From Schizochytrium sp. TIO01 (Eukaryota; Protista; Bigyra: Labyrinthulomycetes), in NCBI GenBank assembly GCA_004764695.1, contig SMSO01000014.1:243648-307647 (forward strand): a stretch of 64,000 nucleotides of DNA, written 5' to 3'. The first letter of the stretch is position 1, and each line of letters opens with the position of its first letter. The notes beneath the pieces are model-generated. The model was not told where the DNA came from. It did not search any database and worked only from the letters and a program-made list of their open reading frames with translations. Shown here in pieces: positions 23,986 through 35,461 of this stretch. Both the position numbers and the translations under genes were made by a program.

Positions 23986-26900
23986 TATTCACACCGTCGC
24001 CGAACAAACAAGCACACAGTCACAGCACACGCTGTCCCCGTTCAACCTATTCGTCAGCCCGCAGCCACTTGCAAGACTCCTTGTCTGCGATCTCCACAGC
24101 GGCCCGTTAGAGGTTTGCTTTCTCTGATCACTGCTGCTCTCCTTAAAGATGACGATGACGTGCGCAGCACAACAAACGGTGATGGCGTCACTGAGGTACA
24201 CGCTAAACTGACTGACGCGGTGTGAAGCAGGTAAGCAAGTTGGTGCAGGGGCTTGCCGTGCTCTCTGCTCGCGTTTGTCTTCTAGATGCAATGCTTCAGA
24301 GGCCTCGAGGTGACCTCAGAGGCACGTACGCTGGCGCTTCTCAACGCGCTCGTCCGCAATTCCCTTCTGCTGGCGCAATGCGATTCTCAATTTGGTAGCT
24401 GCCTTAGAGCGGCCCGGCTGACTACAAGTTTTCAAAGTGATCCTTCGAAAGCCAAAATGGTTTGTATAGCCACTTCTCTCAAGTGTGTTATCAAGAGGGG
24501 CAAATGAGCTATATACAGAGTGCGCACTGGCACATCGAAGCGTTTCGCCCTCCATACTAAATTTGTAGTTTCCTCTCAAAAGCAGCAGGTGGGACCCCTC
24601 GGAATGACATCCAGAATTCGATAAGTCAATGCCAATGCCAATGAATGCTGTGGTTCTTCTGATCAATTTCGTTTTCTGATCGCTGTGAGCGTCGGCAGCA
24701 GAGCCAGGATCGGCGCAGAACACGACATCAGAACAGAAGAGGTGGTTCTTCTCAAGGCGCGTAGAATTTAGGTTGTGGCGAGGGCGCTGAAGGCCTCGGA
24801 GGAAGCGGGACTGCTACTGATTTAGGTAGCATAGGTGCTAGCGTGCGCAGGCGGTGTTTTCTTCATCTTCCACCTTCATTGACTATATGACAAGAAAGGC
24901 AAATTCACCCATAATAATGAATGAAGGAATGAGTGAATGAATGACACCAGAAACGTAGTGCATACATTGATATCAATCCTTCGATCGACAAGTCAAGAGA
25001 CAAATGCCATTCCTGAACCAGCATCAAGTGCTGTGACGATTTGCCAGGTAGTTTGCGACGGGAAGTGCGGTTGTCATCTGGCATTCATTCATTCCTTCAC
25101 ATGAACCGGAGAACACATTCATTCATTCATTCATTCATTCATTCATTCAAGCATTCATTCATTCATCCATCCATCCAGGTTGTCGAGAGAGAGAGCAGAA
25201 GAAGTTGCTTCTACTCGCTTCAATCAATGATACCCCAACCCAAACCTACCTATCACCATTCTGCCAATCCTCTTGCTCTTTGACCTCCATCACAGCTGAT
25301 TCATCAGAGCAAACAGCCCGGCCGCCCCTGGGACGACGGAGAGCGCCATCATCAGCATCACCATCGTAAACCCTGATTGGTCCTTCTCCTCCGTTGTCCT
25401 GTACACAATCAATCAATCACTCAATCAATCCATCCAAATATTCTGATCACAGTCCATCGATTCAGCAATTTGGCAGCGGCATTGCAGAATGATCCCGAAG
25501 ACCCGCAGAATCAAGGACCAAGCTGTGCAGCTAAGCAGCTAACTAACCAAGCAGCCAAAAAAGCAGCTCAGCAGCTATCTCTCGCTCTCGCTCTCACTCT
25601 CACTCTCAAACGCAACTGCAACCATCCACACACACACTCACACATACACAGAGACGGAGAGAGAACATATTATTCACCGTCTCGACGGCATCGACGATGA
25701 TCATCATTCATGGCAACGGCAACGAAGTTTCGTCTCAAGGCCTCCGTCGATGCCTCCTAAGGCCGCCTACCGCAAACTCTAGGCCCTCGCTCTCGTTCTC
25801 TCTTGCCTGCCGTCGCCGTGAACCACAACAGAAATCGAGGCGAAACGAAAGCAGACAGACTCCTGGCGGCGCAGGCGGCGACCTCGCCACACCCTACGCA
25901 CGCACGTTCGCTCGCACGCCTCTCTGCCAGCCTCGCGGGCCCGCCCGAGCACCCGCGGAGGCCGAGTGCTCAGCGCCCTTGAGGAGGCTTGCGCTCGCTC
26001 GCGCATTTCTCCATTCGCGCTATCGTGACAGTGATCGCGCAATCGAGGCGAGGTCCCGCACATTCTTGTATGTAACCGTCGGTCGCAAAATGTTAACTCA
26101 CGCGCTCCGCGAGTATAGGAGTTCGCTATCCCTGTTAAGACACTTAGTCAGAGTCCCGCGGACGCCCGTTTAGTTGTGCTTTTTAGTAACTATGAATGAA
26201 TGAATAAATAAATAAATAAAGAAAGAAGTAAGTAAGTAAAAATTAAATTTGCTCTGTTTGTGATGATGGTTTCGATTGTAGAGATTGCTAAAGTTGTGCA
26301 GATCAGCAGCACCAGTGATCGCGAGAGCGGGGCATTGGTATTTAGGCGGAACGCGTGAGGTAGGGCTTCTGGACCTGGGAAGCGGCTTGAGCGAGGTCTC
26401 CGTGTAGGTTGGTTGATATGTTTCTTCCCGCCCTGCTTCTTTCCTGGGGCGTGGCATGCGTCACCGGGGTAGCTCCGAACCGTGCGCGCTGTGAGCACCC
26501 GGTGTGCGAAACAAAGGAGGTGTGTACTGATGGAAAGGTGCTTCTAGGCGAGCTAGGCAGAGAGGTGCTAGGGCAGAGGTGTGGCGCCTGCTGTTTCCCG
26601 AACGGCTGGCTATGCGCTAGCTGGCTGGCTCAAGGCAGTAAAGCGCAACTCAATGTAATGCCACTGAATACAATCATTACGCTTAGTTTGTTTTTCCGCT
26701 TGAGCTTGCTTTGGCCTCCTTCTTCTGTTGGATCACGAAAGATAACTTTGAGTATATATCTGTATAGTACTAGTTAGAAGTCTCAAAGCAGGATATTCTT
26801 GGGACACACTGATGTTCACAGAAGCGTGCTTTGCGACGCGTTGCGGTCATACTTTGTGAATTCTTACACAGCTTCGCCACCGTGGATCTGATCTGCGAGT

Positions 26901-27298
26901 TCGAGCTCTATAATATAAAGAGCAGCAGCTTTCTTGAAGCAAACTATACACAAGTGTTGGTGATCGAGGCGACGTAATTGGTGACCAGTCATAAACCCCT
27001 GTAGAATGCGATCCGTACCCTTGCAAGCCGTAGTCTATCGAGGGGGGGAGGGGAGGGGATCAGCGAAGCATACCTGCGACCATTCAACTGCGCTTGCTTT
27101 GTGGCGTCTCGCTCGCAAAAAGAACCATCCGCGGGCTTTATAGTAATAGCACCAAAACCGGTCGCCAACACTAGTTGCACAAAAGCTCAACGAAAAACTA
27201 TGGTCCATGCAAAAGTAAATTAATAAATTAAAATTAAAAAAAAATAAAAAATTAATTAGTCATAATAGGTGTCCTAAAATATGTGTATAAACAAGTGA

Positions 27299-27466
27299 AA
27301 TCCGCCCGGCTTGTCGAGCCCAGAAGTATATGGTTGACGCTTCACCAACAAGTGGGGTGGTAACAATACTCCCAGGGGCAGCGTATCAAAAGAATCGAGC
27401 GAGGGTTATAACTCGTAGCCACTAACCCCGGGAAGCCGGCCGGGGGATCGCGAAAACGCAAGTTTT
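27299..27466 (+). ncRNA. Candidate structured small RNA (Pol III-like), unidentified
   Basis: ~165-nt GC-rich island between an AT-rich/TATAA upstream tract and repeated T5-T6 runs. The ends pair (CCGGCTT/AAGCCGG), and internal stems use G-U pairs. Confidence 0.25.
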
Positions 27467-30062
27467 TCAGTTTTTAGTTTTCAGTTTTTTAGTTTTTTCC
27501 TGTTCGACGATGTATTAAGGTTTTTTCTTTTAAAACTTCTTCTTCGACATCAATTCTGCAGAAACTAAAAACCTCCTCAGGCAAAGTTCACGCTGGTTCC
27601 TCAGCGCTTATTTTCAGAGCCCCATCCAGTTTTCTCTTTGGTCTTTTCACCTTATTCAAAGCAGGCCTCCTCGCTGTGTAGAGAGCGCCTTGTAGCAGTG
27701 AGCTGTCGGGCTCTTGCCCTATTTTATCCTCATCACAAAAGTTATCCTCATCACAAAAAGACAGCCCTTCCCGCTCAACTTACGTACAAAGCCTGACACA
27801 AAACCAATCACTTGTCCACCCAAACTTTATCGGCTGCATTTCGTGCTAATGGGCGGCTCTTACTCGACTCTCAGAGCTCGTGATTGCCACAGGAGGCAGT
27901 GACAGTGTGCAGGAAACCGCAGATATCTCGTCCTACTTGCGTCGCAAAGCAGCAGCAGTTCACCTCTCTTCTCCTCTACAGAAAAGGAAAAAATGATCAT
28001 AAAAAAGGAAGCTTGCCTCAGCTGCTCTCTGTTTGATGTTGCAGTTGCTGTTATTCTTGCTGCTGATGGCATTGTTTGCTTTTTCTTGTACTTGAAGGAA
28101 TTAAAGAAAACAGCGCCAGCTTTTCATCTTCTTCTTCTTCTTCTTCTTCTTGTTCGAATGAAATGAAGGGAAAGCATGGCTACCAAAGTTGATTTCCAGA
28201 AGGGTAGGCTGACGAGTCGGGACTTCAGAGCCCGGGGGGGGGGTCAACATTTGATCAACTGCGCGATAAGCAGCCTACAGTCGATGGTTAAGAATAAGTG
28301 AGGAAGAGAATGAAAACGAATCAATGTATGCTTCTTTCAATTTTCTTTGAAAGTTTCTTGTTTGGCTTATTGTCAACAAATTACTGTATTTTCATCTTCA
28401 TTTTCTTTTCTTTTTGTCATTTTTATGAACATATTTTATTTTTATCGCTTTGTTAATCAATTCTTCCATTACTCACCATAAAACTTTCAGAATGAAATAT
28501 TGTTTTACTATTTTCCTTTTTCCCACGAACGAGCTGTAGCCGGTGTTATGTTATATACTACAATCTCTCTAAAGGTTTTCCTTCCTTTCCGCTTGTAAGA
28601 AGGTATCAGCAGCCAACGTTTCCCCTGAAAGTCCTTTTCGTTGTCGCAGCCACTCTCCCGCTCGTCCATTTATTTGCTTCTCCTCCACTACGAACAGAGC
28701 GCCCAGAGAGCACCCAAGAAGAAGAAAAGAAGAAGAAGGAAAAGAAAAAGAAGACGGAGTTGTTATGACAAGAAACGCGTAGGTAATAAGTATCCTCTTA
28801 TATGCGCAGCAATTGTATCAAGGCCTACAGTATTTGCTAATCCATCATACTCACGACGATTTTCATCACGTATATTTTCATTCAAAGTTTTCTTGCTCCC
28901 TCTACTTTTACGTAGGTAGCTAGGTAGCTAGCTGCTTGGTAGAAGGTCCTACCAGGCTCTTTCGATGATCTTTTTCGCCATGTCAATTCACTTTCATTAG
29001 GCCTGCGCTATCTACTACAGTAGATATTGTTCCTATTGATACAGACTATCATGCTAGAGCAGAGAGCTTGAGGGGAAAAGATTGAGCTGTGGGGAAGAAG
29101 CGATTTCGTTGTAAGTAGTTCATTGGGAAAGCTTGGAAGCCTCTGGATCTTGTAGACAGAGGCTCTGAAAGGTAGAAAGGCAGAAAGAAAAAGAAAGAGC
29201 AAGAAAGAAAAAGAAAAGGAGCGCCGAGCCAGTTATTTGAAGTAGAAGTGCAGAAGCTGCTACGGTGGGAGCAGCACTGTGTGGAGTAGCACTTTCTCTC
29301 TCCAAGTCTGTGGGTAGCAACATCTCCAATCAACACGCTCACGATAGCAAACCCGCGCGATGCGGTGCTGTTTGGCGCCGCGCTGCTTGCGCATCTTGTT
29401 TCGCGAGTTCCACACTGACGCCGCTAACCGCAACGGTGATCCAAGCTCCAAACGGCCATTCGGAGCACCAAAATTTTGCTCGAAGCTCGAGGCCAGCTGC
29501 CAAGGCAACCAGGCAAACCTCCCACGGGCTTTCCAAAGCCTGCCCGCCGACCACAGCTTCTTGCCTCAGTTTTCGTACAAACTGTTGTAGCATTGTTTCC
29601 TCTCAGATAGCAAAATGTCCTGCCTTCAAGAAGTACTTTATATATACTGAAAAGAAACGGAGTTGACCTCCAGAAGTAGGCAAAAGCTCAAAACCAAACT
29701 GCTGTGGCTACAAGCAGCCCCGGCATACCATCGTTTTGGCCCAGTGTGAGGTAGGATAGGACGCTGGAGCCAACCGAAGACAGCGGCTGAGGCTTCGTAA
29801 ACGTTGACGCTGTTGCATGAGCAAACAGGAGAGTATCGTAGAAATTGCAGATGTTGATTTTCTCTGAACAACAGTACCTAGTAGGTTAGAGATTTTATGT
29901 TGTCGACCTTATTCTTTAACTGGAGGAGCTGTTGGGACTGTTGGAACACACTTCTTCTCGTCCAGCCACTGTGCATGTTTGGTTGTAGTGTATTTGTGAG
30001 GGAATGCTGGAGAGTTGCAAATTGAAAAAAAAAACGTTATAGTAGAATCCCATTGTTCCTCC

Positions 30063-30063
30063 G

Positions 30064-30105
<42 letters not shown>

Positions 30106-30125
30106 TTGTTGTTGTTGTTGTTGTT
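30063..30125. repeat. (GTT)n microsatellite
   Basis: About 21 units with one interruption. Confidence 0.9.
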
Positions 30126-31133
30126 ATTTCCTTTTTTTTTTTTTTAGTACTCGTTCTTTCCTTTCTTTCTACAAAAGGACTCAGAATATAAATAACGAAG
30201 ATTTATGAATAAACATATAAGTTTTAGTTTAAGTTTTAAATAATAATATTAATAACTAAGATTCTGACCTGCCATAGCTAGCAATAGTGTGGCATCACCT
30301 AGGCCTAATGGTACTTTAAAAAAGAAGTTGCAAGAACACAAGCAAAATACCTTTTTCTTTTCTTTTCTTGGCTTCTTTTTTGTAAATTGTACAATAAACG
30401 ATACACACGAATAGCGTTGAAGTAGAATAGATTGGTCTTATTTTAATAGTTTCATAAGTCAGTAGGTATGATTTCTAGTAGGTAATGCAGTGCTGGTGCT
30501 TTTCAACTATAAAGTTGGAATAATTCCGCTCCCGAAACGACAGAGACTGTCCGTGGTACCTAGAGATTTAGTACGAATCAACAAGCTCGCAAATTAAGTT
30601 ACTGGCTCCTGCATGAAAACTATGGCGCAAGTCGATCTTTGAAATTGGGCAGTTAGGATCGCGGGTGGAGTGGATGGACGTAATTTCCGATACACACACC
30701 CCGTTTCATATATATCGAGTCTGCAAGACAACCAAAATAGGTTGCACAGTCAATGGATCTCAAACAAATTCAAACCTTGCATGCTCGCTCGTCATCTATT
30801 TGCATACACTCACGTGGAGCTAACAGGTCGATGTTTTTTTGTTTTTGTTTTTTTAATTCTTTTTTTGCCGACAAAAGCAACAGTCAAACCACCTGCCACA
30901 AACTCCGATTCCTTCGCCTTAGGTCCTAGTAAGGCCCTTTCGTCATCCTTAATAAAAAAGATTAGTCTGTTGAACAAATTCATCCGAACTTTGTGGGTCT
31001 TCTACAAAAGAAAGAAGCCTCTAGTTTTATTATATTCTTTTCGTTGTGCTGTTACTGACGCTGCTACTGTTGTTAAAGGTGCTGCTGTTGTAGAAGCCGT
31101 ACATGTACATACCGTCTCTACACTGGTATCTAC

Positions 31134-31134
<1 letters not shown>

Positions 31135-31170
<36 letters not shown>
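31135..31170. repeat. (CAG)12 trinucleotide repeat
   Basis: 12 perfect units; it explains the poly-Q and poly-L ORFs here. Confidence 0.9.
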
Positions 31171-31173
<3 letters not shown>

Positions 31174-33775
31174 CAATGAGTTCCGTCGCAAATGTATGTG
31201 GTCTCTGAATGGAAAGTATATCATCAGTGGTTGACGTACTCAAGGACAAAACCAGACATCAGCCAGGGAAGCTTCATCATGTCAGGTTCTCACAAAAAGA
31301 ATGGATAACTAAATATCTGATCTAGTGTAGATCAGATTGTGGAGGAAGAAAAAGGAACGGGAGAAGGAAAGTCATTCCGTGAGTTGTCTCTTACTCGACC
31401 AAGGTAAATAGAAAACCCTTAGTTCTATCGTGGGTTTTATTTTATTGCACTATCTCTTTCTTTAATTAAAACAATAACATATTTTTCATAAAATTATAAA
31501 AATCAAAATCATAGAGAGGAGGTATTAGCGCCCCTCCAACCACTCCATTTCCCCACTGGCCCTTAGCTCCTCCTACTCTTTCTCCTGCCGTAGACAGTGG
31601 AAGAACAAAGCTCGACGGAAATGCAACTAAAATTTGTTGGAAAGCCTCTTTTATAAAATTTAAGAAATCACAACAGACGATATCATGCAGCGAGTGGGTG
31701 GTCTCTCCAAAGATGAACGAATGAATAAGCGTTTATGGAAACTAAATATCTAAGTGAGTCCCTTTCCTGCTAGAGCCGACCAAGTTTGTTCGCGGGTCGA
31801 GCCACCAAGGGCGGCGACGGCGGCGACGGCCAGGACAAAAGTCGCATTATGCTAATGGTCTGAGAGCATACGCACTGATGGAGACAGCAGCAAGGCAAGA
31901 GAATGTAGCCTGCAGAAACAAACCACTGTTATTATTATATTTATTATTATAAATGATGCAATTCTTATTACTGCCCTAACTTAAAACTAAAAAAAGTAAA
32001 ATAAAACTTTCTTCAACAACTCACAAAGAAACAGCAGAGGGGAAAGAAGGATGTAGGAACTTTCCCTCTCAGAGTCTGAGGGGAATTGAGAAAGTGTTGT
32101 TCCGAGTATGTGAGCTATTTCCTATTTTTTCACTCCCATAAGGATTACTTTAGTGTTCCCCATCGGAGGCTAACAATTTTGTGTTTGCAGCTGGTTAGCC
32201 TAGTAAACTCTAAAAACATAAACATAAACATAAAAAACTTTCTGTTTTAAGAAATATTTAATAGAAAAAGCAAAATTAGCAAACCTTTTTTTTTTCTATA
32301 AAAATAAAGAAACAAATACTAATAATGATAATACCAGATTAAAAATTCGTCCTCATACGACGGGCTATGTCAATAACTATGACGGGTGCTTTGGACAATT
32401 GAGCGGTTGATGCACGACGATCGCCCCTTCTCCTTTTCGTCCGCTTCAACTTTCCGTCTACCCGACCATTCGTTTGCCTACACATCAATTAGCATCTGTG
32501 AGCTCATGTCCACATTCGTTCAATAATGTCATGTTTCCGCTTATTTCTTTGAATAAACAAAAAGTAGACAATTGAGGAGGCGAGCAAACAAAGAAACAGA
32601 CATACAAAGAGGAGAAACAAACACGCCACACAAGTCTCCTCCGCAGCAGCGCGAGCGGACAAGCAGACAGGCAGACGAGCGCTCAGCGCCGAGCGGAGAT
32701 CCCCTCGCAGAACAGTCATAGCACCCCTGAGTACGAAGTTGTGGTAGCTCCTCTGGCGGAGAAGAAGAAGGAAAGAGCACCCAGATCAACCATTCAGGCA
32801 TCTCTCCATCCATTCTCATCTGCCATCCACCTAGACGGGTAGACAAAGAAGCAGACAGACAGACAGCCAAGCGTGGGCGCCACCTGTGCACAGCTGCTCA
32901 GCCGTGTGCTGTTCTTTGCCAGAACGGAAACCCCTGATAGGCGACAGTGCTGGCTTAAGGGAGTGAACACTTGCCTTCTCCTCATCGAAGCGAAGAGTGT
33001 CCATAAGCAGCCTCTGTTTTAGTTGCCAAACACAGATACGAAAAGGGCGGCTAGTAAGGAAACCTAAAGCAAGCTGGCAGCAGTCAACCTTGGCGTGCCC
33101 GCTGCGAGCTGCTGAAGAAAGAGTTGAGCTACGCTGAGCTTCCCAAGCTGCCACCGGAAGCCTGTTACGGATACTTTGTTTGCTCCGTCGTTTGCTCCGT
33201 TGCGTCTTCTGTCTTTTCTTCTTTCTCGTTTGTTCATTCTTTCTTTTTATCGCTTCCTTTCCCCTTTCTCTTCCCCCTCCCACAGTCACTCTCCCTTTCT
33301 TTCTCCCCCTCTCTTTCTTTCTCCCTCAGAGATCAAAGTATCGCCCCTCTCTATCTCTCTCTCTCCCTCTCTCTCTCAAAAGATCGGTTATCTGTGGACT
33401 TCTATCTATTTTACATCTCTCTCAAGAGACGGTCCTTCGCGCCCACTCTCAACTCTAATCCTGGACCATAGCACAAGTCCTCCTTGAGATTCAACAGACC
33501 GCCTGAAACCAGTCTCGTCAAAGCCACAAAGGTACTAATAAGCACCATTCCACGCAACTCAGCAGAGGCGCCAGTGGCTCGGGCGCTGCAGGAAGGCAGT
33601 GGTTATCTGTGACTGCTACACAGTAAAGTGTAGAAGGCAGCTAGGGCCTTTTACTGCCTGGCTTTCCCACGACCTTAACAAAGGGCCAAACTCGAGATCA
33701 CCACGACCCACGACGAAGCTATAAGCGTCCTGGATACCTGAGCACCGCACCTGCGTGGCGGTAAGAAACTCAACC

Positions 33776-35461
33776 ATGGAAGAGGAGCAGCGCCTTGGCC
33801 CTCGCGAGAGGGCGACCGAAGAAGCTAGTGCCCACAGTGAAGGAATCGCGGGAGAGGTCAATTTAGACTCGAGCGAAAATGCCGAAAACTCGAGCCCAGC
33901 GACAGCAAGACAAGCGGCGAGGGCGAGAGCGAGAGAGGCAGCCTCGAGTGCTTCAGCGGAGCCTGTGATAAGAACAAGAAGGTCCAGGCGCACTCTGAAG
34001 AAGCACAAGAGATTTGACGATGAAGACCTGAGTGAACACGCGGTGCGGAAGAGGCAGGTCGAACAGCGCAGTGTAGCGCTCGAGTCCTCAGTGTCGATTG
34101 AACTTGTGAACCCAGCACTTATTGAACGACTCATGGAGCTGACGAGAGCTCGAGCTCTTGCGAAACTTGACGAAGACCTCGCGCAAGCCAAGGCAGAATT
34201 GAAAATGTACCGAAACGGCGACGGCGACGGCGAGGACGAAGATGATGAAGATGATGATGACGATGAAGATGAAGATGAAGATGCTGATGAAGGCGATAAT
34301 AACAATGTCGATGACGCCAAAGAAATGGAAGAATATAGAGAAAATGAAAAACCATCCGCAAATAGCCTCGTTGAGGAGGGGAACGGGACAGCAGAAGAAC
34401 GAAAGCTGGAGGAGACCACGCAAGAAGTACCTACAGCCGCGGCACAAACCGATACAGGCTTCTCCAGACACGCAAATAGTGATGAGAACAAGGATGAAAC
34501 TCGAGGCTCTCAGGAAGCTACACCGCAACAAGATCAGCTCCAAGGGAGAGAGCAAGAGCACGAAGATTCTACACCGTCAGCTAGCTGTGACCCCCAAGGC
34601 CGTCCTGGAGGGCCACAGCAGCAGCTACAGCAAACGAAAATAATGCATTTGCGTATCGATACTTCTGTCTCTACGTCCGCCGGGGAAGCAAAGCCGGAAC
34701 AGAGGGAGGGTTTAATTCAAGCAACTAATCCAAACATTGACAAAAACAATCATGTAAAACTACAGAAACCAACACGAGAAACCAAGACAAACAGCGAGGC
34801 GCAAGATTTTATCAATAACAAACAACACGACAGCCATGACGGCAAAGGCGCCCAAGAGAAAGAGAAGGGGAACCTCGTTCCTGCCATAGTACAAAGCGCC
34901 TATGGACTAGGCCAGCAACTCAATAGTGAGAGGTGGACTCTTACCAGAGCTGGTGTCGATACTGAAAACTCGCCCCAGTCTTCTTTTCCCAATCAAGTGA
35001 TCAAAGACTTCCAAGCGCCGACAGCTGACACTCCTATGAACACCCCGGTTGCGCGCCCAGTCGAAGATGCTGTTGAGGCCGAGGACCATGAAGGTGATAA
35101 AATCATGGGTGAAAACGATGATTGTGTGTTTAATACAGGCAACAGTGCATCCGCACTTAAGATACTTCCTGCTACAGACTTAAGACAAAGTGCCGCAGCG
35201 AATAGAGAACTCGAGCCCATAGATCTGAAAAGTGATTTTGCTGACGAGCTGCAGGAATCTTTCGGCCTTCTTGATGATGAAGGGAATGAAAAAAATAACC
35301 ACTTCGCTGAACACATTGAAGATATCGATAATAATCTTGAAGACAACAACACCAATGCAAATGAACAAATTTCATATTCCATTGAGAAAGTAGTGTCTCC
35401 CCAAGTATTACCAGATGTCCAGATTTCAACCAAAAACAGCAGAAACCCCAAGTCCGTCTGA
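33776..35461 (+). CDS. Acidic low-complexity/coiled-coil protein; probably the N-terminal part of the downstream PHD-methyltransferase gene
   Basis: First ATG at 33776, in frame with the GTG-start ORF at 33755. NLS-like RTRRSRRTLKKHKR, coiled coil, poly-D/E tracts. It overlaps the next ORF in the +1 frame with the same composition. Confidence 0.75.
   Translation: MEEEQRLGPRERATEEASAHSEGIAGEVNLDSSENAENSSPATARQAARARAREAASSASAEPVIRTRRSRRTLKKHKRFDDEDLSEHAVRKRQVEQRSVALESSVSIELVNPALIERLMELTRARALAKLDEDLAQAKAELKMYRNGDGDGEDEDDEDDDDDEDEDEDADEGDNNNVDDAKEMEEYRENEKPSANSLVEEGNGTAEERKLEETTQEVPTAAAQTDTGFSRHANSDENKDETRGSQEATPQQDQLQGREQEHEDSTPSASCDPQGRPGGPQQQLQQTKIMHLRIDTSVSTSAGEAKPEQREGLIQATNPNIDKNNHVKLQKPTRETKTNSEAQDFINNKQHDSHDGKGAQEKEKGNLVPAIVQSAYGLGQQLNSERWTLTRAGVDTENSPQSSFPNQVIKDFQAPTADTPMNTPVARPVEDAVEAEDHEGDKIMGENDDCVFNTGNSASALKILPATDLRQSAAANRELEPIDLKSDFADELQESFGLLDDEGNEKNNHFAEHIEDIDNNLEDNNTNANEQISYSIEKVVSPQVLPDVQISTKNSRNPKSV

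Noticed and set aside
25697-26173. 158-aa Arg/Ala/Pro-rich ORF
   Set aside because: GC-rich low-information sequence with no recognisable domain, so it cannot be supported as a gene.
30670-31179. 169-aa ORF ending in poly-Q
   Set aside because: GTG start and passes through T-rich, non-coding-like sequence; treated only as part of a possible relic.
32504-33487. Several overlapping 70-150 aa ORFs
   Set aside because: Caused by stop-poor CT/GA-rich simple sequence upstream of the large gene.
33616-34491. 291-aa minus-strand Ser-rich ORF (and similar ORFs at 36073-36397)
   Set aside because: Antisense readouts of GAT/GAA acidic codon runs in the plus-strand gene.
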